Virus record (IMG/VR): IMGVR_UViG_3300021963_000023
Coordinates: 62,001 to 126,000 of that record
DNA length: 64,000 bases
Direction: 5' to 3' (one strand)
Position numbers and translations under genes: made by a program. The notes below the pieces were generated by a model. That model did no database searches, was not told the origin of the DNA, and worked only from the letters and a program-made list of their open reading frames with translations. Below, in pieces: positions 46,793-56,400 of the stretch; within the stretch, counting starts at the first letter, position 1, and each line of letters begins with the position of its first letter.

Positions 46793-49630
46793 ATGGCAAA
46801 TTCAAACAGAGTATTCGTGTCTCCGGGTGTGTACACATCAGAGAAGGATCTAACATTCGTAGCGCAGAGCGTTGGAGTTACAACATTGGGTCTAGTGGGT
46901 GAGACTTTAAAAGGTCCGGCATTTGAACCAATTTTGATTTCTAATTTCGACGAATTTAAAGTATATTTTGGTACTACCAGTCCAGCAAAGTACGGAGATG
47001 GTAACCCAAAATATGAGCTTCCATATGTAGCTAAATCATATTTACAAGAATCAAATCAATTATTTGTAACTAGAGTTTTAGGATTAACTGGCTACAAACC
47101 AGGAAAGACCTATGGAATTAAAACATTAGGAGGTATTACTGTTGATCTAACAAGTACCCCAACAACAAGCGGTAGTACATTAACACCTACATCTTTAACA
47201 ACAATAACAGGTGCAACATTTTATGCTGAACTTTCAGGTAAAACATCAACAGAAGGTACATCAATTACTGATTACTTAATTGCTGGTTCAAATTCTAATG
47301 GGGCATATGCTCTTAACGAATGGTTTACAATTGGTACGGTGCCAGCATCTGCAACAAGTGGATTAACTGGAACACAGTTAGTATCACCTATTGGAAATGC
47401 TAACAAGAACTGGTATAACAATTACTTTGTAAAAAGTGGTTCTACCGATTCAACAATTCATGGTGTATATTCATACCTTTTTGTTTTAACAGGTGCATCA
47501 TCATTTAGTGTTACAAGATACAAGTATTCAGCGTCATTAAATGCTGACTATGCTGGTAGAACTGTATGTTTATTAAGATCTAGGGGTTCATACGTATCAA
47601 ACGCACTTGTACACAGAGTAACTGGTGCAACTGCCGTTCAAATTACGGGGGCAACTATTGATACTAATCCATTGGGTGAATTTAATTTAGCTATTACCGA
47701 TGTTGCTTCGATTGTAAACAACTTTACGTGTTCTTTCGACACATCTTCTTCAAAATATATCACCAAAATACTTGGTACTGATGTTTTTGATAAAGAAAAG
47801 GTTGAATATCCAATTTATGTTCACGAAGTATATCCAAATTTAATAAACAACTTGTTTGAACAAGGTTTAATTAGAGGTTTAAGTACAGATGAACAAGTTT
47901 TAACAGAGGTGGATAATTTTGTTACACAATGGGATATGGCAGGGTCATCAACAGTAGTTTCTGAAGTTAGAGGCGGGAAGGTTTTTGATTTATTCAGTTT
48001 CTTAACTGTATCAGATGGTGATACTTCTAACTATGAAGTTAAAATAACAATTTCAAATATTGACATTGACACAGCAGAATTTGATATTCTTGTTCGTGAT
48101 TTTAATGATACCGATACTAATCAAGTTGTTTTGGAGAAATTCACAAGATGTACAATGAATCCAGATTTACCAGGATATGTTGGTAGAAAGGTTGGTACAT
48201 CAGATGGAGAGTATGAATTAAGATCTAAGTATATTATGCTTGTTTTAGCTGAGGAGCATCCAACAGACGCATTCCCAGCTGGGTTCAAGGGAGTAACAAC
48301 AAGATCTGAAATAGGTGAAATTCTTTATAAAACAAAATACTATGATGCAGGTGATGTATTATACTATGACGCTAGCGGAAATCCAGTTACCACAAATGGT
48401 GATAAAGTTAAAAAAGTAACTTTAGGATTTTCAACAGATGGTAATTTTATATATGATAGAGACATGTTAAAGTTTAAGGGTAAGGTAGCAGCCGGATCAA
48501 CATTTGGTTTCCACTTATCAACAAATGCGTCATCAATCACTGGAACAACTGGTAGTAAATTATTTAAAACAACAGCATATGATTTAGAAGGAATTAACAA
48601 AGGTAAATTAGCAACTACATCATATAGAAAATTCACTCTACCATTATTTGGTGGTTTTGATGGTTGGGACATTTATAGAAATACAAGAACAAATGGTGAC
48701 GGGTATGTATTTGGTAAAACAACGTATATAAGTGGTCACACTGGAAACGGTGGTGTATTCAGCAGTACAGTTGGAAACTCAGATTACTATGCATACTTAC
48801 AAGCTATTGAAACATATGCAAATCCTGAAGCAGTAGATATTAACATATTTGCAACACCAGGTATTGATTGGAATAATCATAGTTCATTAGTTAATCAAGG
48901 AATTGATATTATTGAAAATGATAGAGCGGATTCATTATACATTATCAACTCACCTAACTATACAACTGCTGATGAAACAATTTCATCTTTAGATGATTTA
49001 GGTCTTGATAGTAACTATTCTGCAACATATTGGCCTTGGATTCAAGTAAGAGATACAGATAATGCAACACAGCTTTTTATACCGCCAACAGGTGAAGTAT
49101 TAAAGAACATAGCATTGACTGATAACGTTTCTTATCCTTGGTTTGCTGTGGCGGGTTACTCAAGAGGTCTTGTTAACGCAATAAAAGCACAAAAGAAATT
49201 AACTCTTGATGAAAGAGATAATCTTTATAAAGCCAGAATTAACCCAATCGCAACTTTCTCTGATACAGGTACTATTATCTGGGGTAACAAAACGTTACAA
49301 GTTAGAGAATCAGCATTAGATAGAATCAACGTAAGAAGATTGTTATTGAGAGCTAGAAAGTTAATCTCTGCAGTAGCTGTAAGATTGTTATTTGAACAAA
49401 ATGACGAACAAGTTAGACAAGAGTTCTTAAGATTGGTAAATCCAATTCTTGAGTCAATTAAGAAAGAAAGAGGTTTATATGACTTCCGTGTAAGTGTATC
49501 TAACGATCCAGAGGATATTGATGCAAACACATTAAGAGGTAAAATATACATAAAACCAACAAGAGCATTGGAATTCATTGATGTTGAATTCATTATTACT
49601 CCAACGGGTGCTTCTTTTGAAAATATCTAA
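46793..49630 (+). CDS. tail sheath protein (gp18-like)
   Basis: FVSPGVYTSEKD, YWPW, WFAVAGYSRG, RINPI, WGNKTL, RINVRRL. Confidence 0.96.
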   Translation: MANSNRVFVSPGVYTSEKDLTFVAQSVGVTTLGLVGETLKGPAFEPILISNFDEFKVYFGTTSPAKYGDGNPKYELPYVAKSYLQESNQLFVTRVLGLTGYKPGKTYGIKTLGGITVDLTSTPTTSGSTLTPTSLTTITGATFYAELSGKTSTEGTSITDYLIAGSNSNGAYALNEWFTIGTVPASATSGLTGTQLVSPIGNANKNWYNNYFVKSGSTDSTIHGVYSYLFVLTGASSFSVTRYKYSASLNADYAGRTVCLLRSRGSYVSNALVHRVTGATAVQITGATIDTNPLGEFNLAITDVASIVNNFTCSFDTSSSKYITKILGTDVFDKEKVEYPIYVHEVYPNLINNLFEQGLIRGLSTDEQVLTEVDNFVTQWDMAGSSTVVSEVRGGKVFDLFSFLTVSDGDTSNYEVKITISNIDIDTAEFDILVRDFNDTDTNQVVLEKFTRCTMNPDLPGYVGRKVGTSDGEYELRSKYIMLVLAEEHPTDAFPAGFKGVTTRSEIGEILYKTKYYDAGDVLYYDASGNPVTTNGDKVKKVTLGFSTDGNFIYDRDMLKFKGKVAAGSTFGFHLSTNASSITGTTGSKLFKTTAYDLEGINKGKLATTSYRKFTLPLFGGFDGWDIYRNTRTNGDGYVFGKTTYISGHTGNGGVFSSTVGNSDYYAYLQAIETYANPEAVDINIFATPGIDWNNHSSLVNQGIDIIENDRADSLYIINSPNYTTADETISSLDDLGLDSNYSATYWPWIQVRDTDNATQLFIPPTGEVLKNIALTDNVSYPWFAVAGYSRGLVNAIKAQKKLTLDERDNLYKARINPIATFSDTGTIIWGNKTLQVRESALDRINVRRLLLRARKLISAVAVRLLFEQNDEQVRQEFLRLVNPILESIKKERGLYDFRVSVSNDPEDIDANTLRGKIYIKPTRALEFIDVEFIITPTGASFENI

Positions 49631-49647
49631 TATTACAATAAAATAAG

Positions 49648-49678
49648 AATGGGGATGGCTAAAAACCTCCCCATTTTT
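49648..49678 (+). terminator. intrinsic terminator after sheath
   Basis: AATGGGGA/TCCCCATT stem followed by Ts. Confidence 0.75.
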
Positions 49679-49680
49679 GT

Positions 49681-49808
49681 ATAGTATATTGAATATCAGT
49701 AAATTAGTTAATTAGAATAAAAGAATATAAGTAAATCAGAATATCAGAAATATTAGTATATTAGTACATTAGAATATTAGTATTTTAGAATTTTAGTAAG
49801 TTAGTAGC
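49681..49808. repeat. tandem array of 16 degenerate 8-mers (TTAGWAWA)
   Basis: Parsed by hand: atagtata ttgaata tcagtaaa ttagttaa ttagaata aaagaata taagtaaa tcagaata tcagaaata ttagtata ttagtaca ttagaata ttagtatt ttagaatt ttagtaag ttagtagc. Confidence 0.85.
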
Positions 49809-49921
49809 AAAAAGCTAAGGAAAAAAAACGAGAAAAACAACTATTTTACAAAATAAATTTTATTTCACATATTGATATATTTATAGGAAAGAAATAAACA
49901 CAAAATTATAATACAAAAACA

Positions 49922-50410
49922 ATGGCAGATTTATTAATGAAAATGCCGGTTCCATATGAACCGAAACGCAAAAATAGGTTTATCTTAAGATTTCCATCAT
50001 CTTTAGGTATTAACGAATGGTATGTAACATCTACTGCTCGTCCTAGTGCTAAAATTAACTCAACAGAAATTCCATTTTTAAATACTTCAACATACGTAGC
50101 AGGTAGATTTACATGGGACCCAATCAAAGTTACTTTTAAAGACCCAATTGGTCCTTCAGCATCTCAGGCTCTTATGGAATGGTTTCGCTTACACGCAGAA
50201 TCGGTTACAGGTAGAATGGGCTACGCCGCAGGTTACAAGAAAAACGTAGAATTAGAAATGTTAGACCCAACAGGAGTTGTAGTTGAGAAATGGATAATGG
50301 AAGGTTGTTTCTTAACTAGTTTAAACTTTGGTGATTTGAACTACTCTCAAGATGAATTAGCAACAATTGATGCTGAATTGAGAATGGATAGATGTATCCA
50401 AGTATACTAA
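49922..50410 (+). CDS. tail tube protein (gp19-like)
   Basis: EPKRKNRF, YVAGRFTWDPI.VTF.D, YKKN..L..LDP.G..VEKW; follows sheath. Confidence 0.9.
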   Translation: MADLLMKMPVPYEPKRKNRFILRFPSSLGINEWYVTSTARPSAKINSTEIPFLNTSTYVAGRFTWDPIKVTFKDPIGPSASQALMEWFRLHAESVTGRMGYAAGYKKNVELEMLDPTGVVVEKWIMEGCFLTSLNFGDLNYSQDELATIDAELRMDRCIQVY

Positions 50411-50435
50411 TATTACTTTTAAAATAGATTTATTT

Positions 50436-50468
50436 AAATCCATCATCCTTTTAGGTTGGTGGATTTTT
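50436..50468 (+). terminator. intrinsic terminator after tube gene
   Basis: AAATCCATCA/TGGTGGATTT stem followed by Ts. Confidence 0.7.
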
Positions 50469-50484
50469 CGTTCCATGTGGAACC
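50469..50484. promoter_or_regulatory. parS-like palindrome
   Basis: cGTTCCAtGTGGAACc, 13/16 match to TGTTCCACGTGGAACA, intergenic. Confidence 0.5.
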
Positions 50485-50549
50485 TTTTTCATTACCAATT
50501 GATTTTCTAATAAATTATACTTATATTAAAAGAAACAAATTAATTTAAT

Positions 50550-51290
50550 ATGGATAATATAAACCCAATGGTTGCATATGATGTGGTATCCTTACCATCT
50601 CAAGGTGTACACTATTCCAACGGAAAGAAAACATTAAGAGTAGCTTATCTAACGGCTGCAGATGAAAATATTCTAATGTCCCCCAATTTAATACAATCCG
50701 AAACGGTTGTTGATGAATTATTAAAAAGAAAAATATTGGATAAAGACCTTAGTTATGAGGATCTTGTTGAGGAAGATAAACAAGCTATTTTAATATTTTT
50801 AAGAAATACAGCATTTGGTACAGAATATACATTAACATTAACCGATCCAGCAACTAAGAAATCTTTTGAGGGAATACTAGATTTATCTGTATTAAAGGTT
50901 AAAGATTTTAAATTAGTTGCTGATTCAAATGGCGAATATTCATACATATTACCAATGTCTAAGAAAAATATAACATTTAACTTCTTAACAAACACACAAG
51001 AAAAAGAATTACAGAACATTAAAGAATCAAGTGGATCATCGGTTTCTCCAGTTAATACTAAAAAACTTGAGATGATGATTAAATCTATTGATGGTCAACG
51101 AGATCAAATGGCAATATATCAATTTATTCAAAATCTACCAATCAAAGATTCACAAGATTTTAAAAAATTCGTATCAGAAAATAAACCAGGTTTAGACCTA
51201 ATAGTTGATGTAATCGCCCCGTCAGGAGAAAAAGTCCCAGTTTTGGTTGACTTTGGGGTGGAGTTTTTTCGTCCCTTCTACGGAATATAA
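50550..51290 (+). CDS. tail assembly chaperone / baseplate hub assembly protein (gp26-like)
   Basis: VSLPSQG.HY, LTAADENIL, D..AILIFLR, ends FFRP; between tube and tape measure. Confidence 0.75.
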   Translation: MDNINPMVAYDVVSLPSQGVHYSNGKKTLRVAYLTAADENILMSPNLIQSETVVDELLKRKILDKDLSYEDLVEEDKQAILIFLRNTAFGTEYTLTLTDPATKKSFEGILDLSVLKVKDFKLVADSNGEYSYILPMSKKNITFNFLTNTQEKELQNIKESSGSSVSPVNTKKLEMMIKSIDGQRDQMAIYQFIQNLPIKDSQDFKKFVSENKPGLDLIVDVIAPSGEKVPVLVDFGVEFFRPFYGI

Positions 51291-51414
51291 GAAAAACCAA
51301 ATACAGATTATTTTATTTCTTTTAACAAAGGGATTTACTTATCAAGACATATTAATATTACCAATACACGAAAGAAGTAATATCATTGGCGCTTTATTAG
51401 AAAATAACGGATAA
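51271..51414 (+). CDS. C-terminal extension of tail chaperone, reached by probable frameshift
   Basis: ATG-less +1 frame VPSTEYKKNQIQIILFLLTKGFTYQDILILPIHERSNIIGALLENNG after TTTTTTCGT. Confidence 0.65.
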   Translation, partial: VPSTEYKKNQIQIILFLLTKGFTYQDILILPIHERSNIIGALLENNG

Positions 51415-51429
51415 AACTATTTATATAAT

Positions 51430-53376
51430 ATGGCAGATAATAGAGAAGATTTTTTAAAATTTTTAAAAAGCTTAGGTATTGATGATTCAGATGCAAAAGC
51501 TGGTGCGGATAGGTATCAAAAATCTATCGACGAATTAGCATCAAAAGCATCTAGAGCATCAAGAACATCAACCACTAGTGGTACAGGTAGTGTTATTAAC
51601 GCACTAGGCGCTGGATTTATCGATCAACAGGTAAACACTTTAGGTAGAATTAGTACAAGTACAGGTAAAGCAATACTTGAAGGTATTAATAAAAGTGCCT
51701 CATTTAATCCAGTAACAATTATAAAGGGTGTATTAGATGGTGCATTAAAGGGTGGTGAAGCCATACTTGGGGATTTAGCTGAATTAGACAAAGAATTACT
51801 AGAACGAGTTAGAGGTGCAGGAGGATATGTAGGGGATGCTGCAACAGACATGATGAGATCAGTTAGGGTTGCTATGATTGCAGCGCAAGAAGCTGGTGCA
51901 TCTACAGATGATACATTAGGTGCTGTAAAAAGCCTAATGGAAAACTCTGAAAGAATGTCTATCTATGCAGAAAAAACAATTTCAGATGGAATGCTAGCTT
52001 CCGTTGCTTTTACCAAAAATGCTAGAACAATATTAGAAAATGCTGAAAACTTTAGAAACGTTGGTATAGGTTTAGATGATGCATCTAAATCAATTACCGC
52101 CATAGGTATGGATTCGGTAAAGTTAGGTTTAAATGCTAAAGCAACTTCTGAAACATTAATTAAAAATTTAGGTAGCTTAAATGCATATGGATTCCAAAAC
52201 GGAATTAAAGGTTTAGGTAAAATGGTCCAAGAGGCACAATCACTTAAAATCAATATGGATGATGTGCTAAAGGTTGCTGATAAATTATATGATCCAGAAA
52301 GTGCAATTAACCTTGCTGCAAATCTACAAGTTGTTGGAGGTGCGTTTGGTGATTTAAACGATCCAATTAAATTAATGTATGATGCAACAAATAATGTTGA
52401 ATCATTACAAACAAGTATTATTGGCGCTGCTAGAAGTTTAGCAACATATAATGTTGAACAAGGTAGGTTTGAAGTAACAGGAGTCAATTTAAGACGTGCT
52501 AAAGCTATGTCTGATGCTTTAGGTATATCAATGGGTGAATTAACTAATATGGCTGTTAAAGGGGCTGCTAAGTTCGAAGCGATGAGCCAATTAGACATAT
52601 TCCCATCTTTAAATGATGAACAAAAAGAGTTTGTTTCAAATTTAGCAACAATGAAAGATGGTAAAGTTGGTTTTGATATTCCTAAAAGTATGGTCGAAAG
52701 ACTTGGTTTAGATAATGTTAAAGATGGTTTCGTTGGATTAAGTGATTTATCAGATAAACAAATTGTGCAACTACAAGCGATGCAAAAAAGTGCAGCAGAT
52801 GAAAAACCAATAGACATCGCAAGAAATCAATTTAATGAAACAACAAAAATATTAAATGTTGCAACAGCAATTTACTTAAGGATGATGGATGATGGAAGAA
52901 AGGGACCAATAGGTCAAACAGCATCAAAAGGTATGGAAGCGGCAGCTAATTTTATGCAAAAAACATTTAACCCATCTGAAGATAGTACTGGAGAAACAGT
53001 TAAAAAATTAGCTGGCGCAGCTATAGATGCTGGTGGTGAGGCAATGTCTGCAGTTGCTGATTATATGAAAAATTTAAGTCCAGAGATGATGGAAACACTT
53101 GGTTTACTTAAGAAAAAACTTAGTGAAGCAACAAAAGATATAAATGTTGAAGATATTAAAAATAAAGCAGGAGAAATGCTTGAAAAAGGCGGCGAGAAAG
53201 CAAAAGAAGCATATGATGAAATTAAAAAATTCTTTGGGGAACTTACTGTAAAGGTTGATATTAATAGTAATAGCCCAGAATTAGCCGGTATTGTTGTTAA
53301 TGAAATATCTAGAAATCCACAATTAAGAGCTGATCTCGCATCGAACATAGTTAAGAACACTAAAAACTACACATAA
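51430..53376 (+). CDS. tape measure-like protein
   Basis: Ala/Gly-rich helical 648 aa ORF after tube and chaperone. Confidence 0.7.
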   Translation: MADNREDFLKFLKSLGIDDSDAKAGADRYQKSIDELASKASRASRTSTTSGTGSVINALGAGFIDQQVNTLGRISTSTGKAILEGINKSASFNPVTIIKGVLDGALKGGEAILGDLAELDKELLERVRGAGGYVGDAATDMMRSVRVAMIAAQEAGASTDDTLGAVKSLMENSERMSIYAEKTISDGMLASVAFTKNARTILENAENFRNVGIGLDDASKSITAIGMDSVKLGLNAKATSETLIKNLGSLNAYGFQNGIKGLGKMVQEAQSLKINMDDVLKVADKLYDPESAINLAANLQVVGGAFGDLNDPIKLMYDATNNVESLQTSIIGAARSLATYNVEQGRFEVTGVNLRRAKAMSDALGISMGELTNMAVKGAAKFEAMSQLDIFPSLNDEQKEFVSNLATMKDGKVGFDIPKSMVERLGLDNVKDGFVGLSDLSDKQIVQLQAMQKSAADEKPIDIARNQFNETTKILNVATAIYLRMMDDGRKGPIGQTASKGMEAAANFMQKTFNPSEDSTGETVKKLAGAAIDAGGEAMSAVADYMKNLSPEMMETLGLLKKKLSEATKDINVEDIKNKAGEMLEKGGEKAKEAYDEIKKFFGELTVKVDINSNSPELAGIVVNEISRNPQLRADLASNIVKNTKNYT

Positions 53377-53415
53377 TAAAACAATTAATTATCTATTTAT
53401 TAGATAAAAGAATAG

Positions 53416-56400
53416 ATGCCAAGTTACTTAGATTTTGATGCTACAAAAAGGTTTAGAGATGAGTTATTATCAAAGACCTTAAATGCTCCTAATGGTCCTC
53501 AGACTTTTAGTAGTAGTAACTATCCTATTCAAAAAACAAACAGTTTTCCAAACAAAGATCAGGGTGATGTAATATTAAACCAACAAACATCTAGAGACGC
53601 ACAAATAATATCTACTGGAACAAGTAATAGATTTGCACCAGAAAATGGTGATTATGTTGTTGTTGAGGATGTAAGAAATATTACATCAATAGACAATGTT
53701 GGTATATATCCATATTTTCCAATTAATAGTGGTATTTTAGGTAGAGGGTTAATAGGGGCATTAGATTCTAAAAACTATGAGTTTGAATCTAAATTAGCAA
53801 AGTTTGCTAACTATCATATATCTGAAAGTCCAGATGGGCCTGTTCAAGCAAGAATTAGACAAAATTTACAAACAGCAACACTTGGTAGAGTTAGAGCACT
53901 TGATGCTTTAAATGGTAATTTATCTACAGCTATTAATTTAGTTACAGGTAAAGAAAAGTTAATTGAAAGAAATTATAAAATAACTGTAGCCAAAACACTA
54001 CCCGGAAAACTTATTGATTTTGTTCAAACAGTTGCAGGTGTCGAGTTTCCATTTTCAGAAATTCCTGGTGACTACTTAACCAACCCAGCTAATCCTGTTA
54101 TTAATAGACCAGTTCCACAAAGTGAGTTTGGTAAAATATTTCAAGATGCAACAGGTGTTCTAGGTTCTTTATTAGGAATTCAAAGAAGACCAAAAGCTAG
54201 TAGAAAACCATCAGACTTAATGCTTGAATATTTAAGTGATGGTCAAAAGGGTGTGTTATATGATAATTTATCCTTTTCAACATACGCGCCAAATTATACA
54301 ACAACAGCTAGATCACAAAATTCTAGTAAATTATTTAATTTTGTAGATAAGATTGCTGCTGGTATTAATAAAGTTATAGGTAGAGAAGCGCCAGCAGGTA
54401 AAGCTTATATTGGTGATGATAGAGGTAATGATGTAAAAAATGTTATCGCTGATTTTAACGATAATAAAACAAGAAGTCCATATTATCTATCATTAATGTT
54501 TGACGAGACAGCAACAAAACTGTTTCATAGCGAAAGGAATATTTCAGAGAGAGGCCCAATACCTGGTAAATTAACATGGTATAGCCCAAATAGTAAAAAT
54601 AAATTAGGTGTTCACAATTTAGAATATCAAAGTGAGAGTTCTGTATTTGAAGAAACCTTATCAACAAAATATGCATTTAGAGATGATTCTATTTTAGGTA
54701 AAACACAAGAGTTATTAAATTCATTACCTAAAGATGGTGGTCTATCAAGATCACACGTTGCTAATGTTATTGATCAAACAAGTAGAATATTCAGAGAGGG
54801 TGATACATTATTATCTAGAGGCTCTGCAATTAAATATATTGATAAAGCAACGGGTAAACAAGACGGTACAGAATATTGTAGAGTATGGACAAAAGATAGA
54901 TCATACATGAACTATTCTGATACTATGAAAAGAACTGGGTTGATTAGAAAAGTTGAAGATAGTGTTTTATCAACACCGTGGAACTTGAATATTGCACCAA
55001 TGTCAAATGGTAATGGTTCATTTGATAAAAGTTCAACCAACATTGATGCTGTTGCTGGTAAAGTAAAAAAATATATGTTTTCACTTGAAAATTTATCATG
55101 GAAAACATCAAACAAATTTGGTTACACATATAATGATCTACCATATTGTGAAAGAGGTCCGAATGGTGGACGTGTTATGTGGTTCCCACCATATGACTTA
55201 AAAGTAAATGAAACAAATAGTGCTAGCTGGGATAAGAATAATTTCTTAGGAAGACCAGAACCAATTTATACATATCAAAATACAGAAAGAAGCGGAACCG
55301 TTTCATTTAAAGTTATTGTTGATCACCCAAGTATTTTAAATTTATTAATAAAAGAAATAAGTGACGAACAAGCAGAAGAATATTTAAATTCAGTTTTTGC
55401 TGGTTGTCAAGATATTGATTTTTATACATTAGTTAGAAAATATACAACATTAGATAGATCTGATTTAGAATTAATACAAGCATATCTTGAATATTATAGG
55501 GATGGTAAAACTGTTGATATATCAGATTCACTTGAATTTATAAATATTGCTGGCGAATCAACGGTAACCCCTGAAACAACAACAGGCGGATCTGAAGCAA
55601 GCAGCGTGCTTGGTACAGCAACAAATTATACTGGGTTTCTATTTTTTCCAAACGATTATCCAAAACCACAAAACGATATATATTCCAACCAAGATTATGG
55701 CCAAATTTATTCTGGTTACACAACAGCAGATAAAAAAGCATTATTCAACACAACCCTTAATACTGAACTAACTAAAATATTAACTGTTAACACACCAAAT
55801 AATAAATCGGATGTAAAAACAATATATGGTAGTGAAACACCAACAGAAACAACATCCGCTTTAGTTACAAGAACTCAAGGTCAAATAACATCTGCGTTTC
55901 AAAAGTTAGAAGGTAATTATACTTCTTTAACAGACACATTAAATGCAATAAAAGCCGAGTTAGTAAAAAATAGTTTAAAAAGTATTGAAATTGATTTAGA
56001 ATCATCTACATCATTTGTTGCGGATGAAAAATACAACATTAAATTATCATATAGAAGATCTGATAGTATTGTAAAACACATTATAAAAACATTATCAAAA
56101 AATAATGATATACCATCAACCCTTTCCAAATATTGGAAAAAAACTATAAGTGAATTAGACTCAAATCCGGGAGAAGTTAAAGATAGTAAAACATTAAACC
56201 TAAAAGATTTAGGTTATGGTGATGATGTAAATGGTGATATCATTATTAATTTTACAAACAAAGGAGAAAATGCAACTAGATCTGGTCCAGAAGGATATGA
56301 TTGTCATAAACAAGAAATAAAAAATACTGGCGGTTTAAAAGAATACGCACCGGTAACATTTTATTGTAGATCAGTTGAAGTCAAAATAAATGCTTACCCT

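Noticed and set aside
49681-49808. Possible CRISPR array
   Set aside because: Units are 8 bp and contiguous, with no spacers and no cas genes
51963-52817. Long antisense ORFs (also 379-795, 16393-16875, 39379-39828, 49225-49593 and similar)
   Set aside because: Shadows of well-supported genes on the opposite strand, with skewed composition and no motifs
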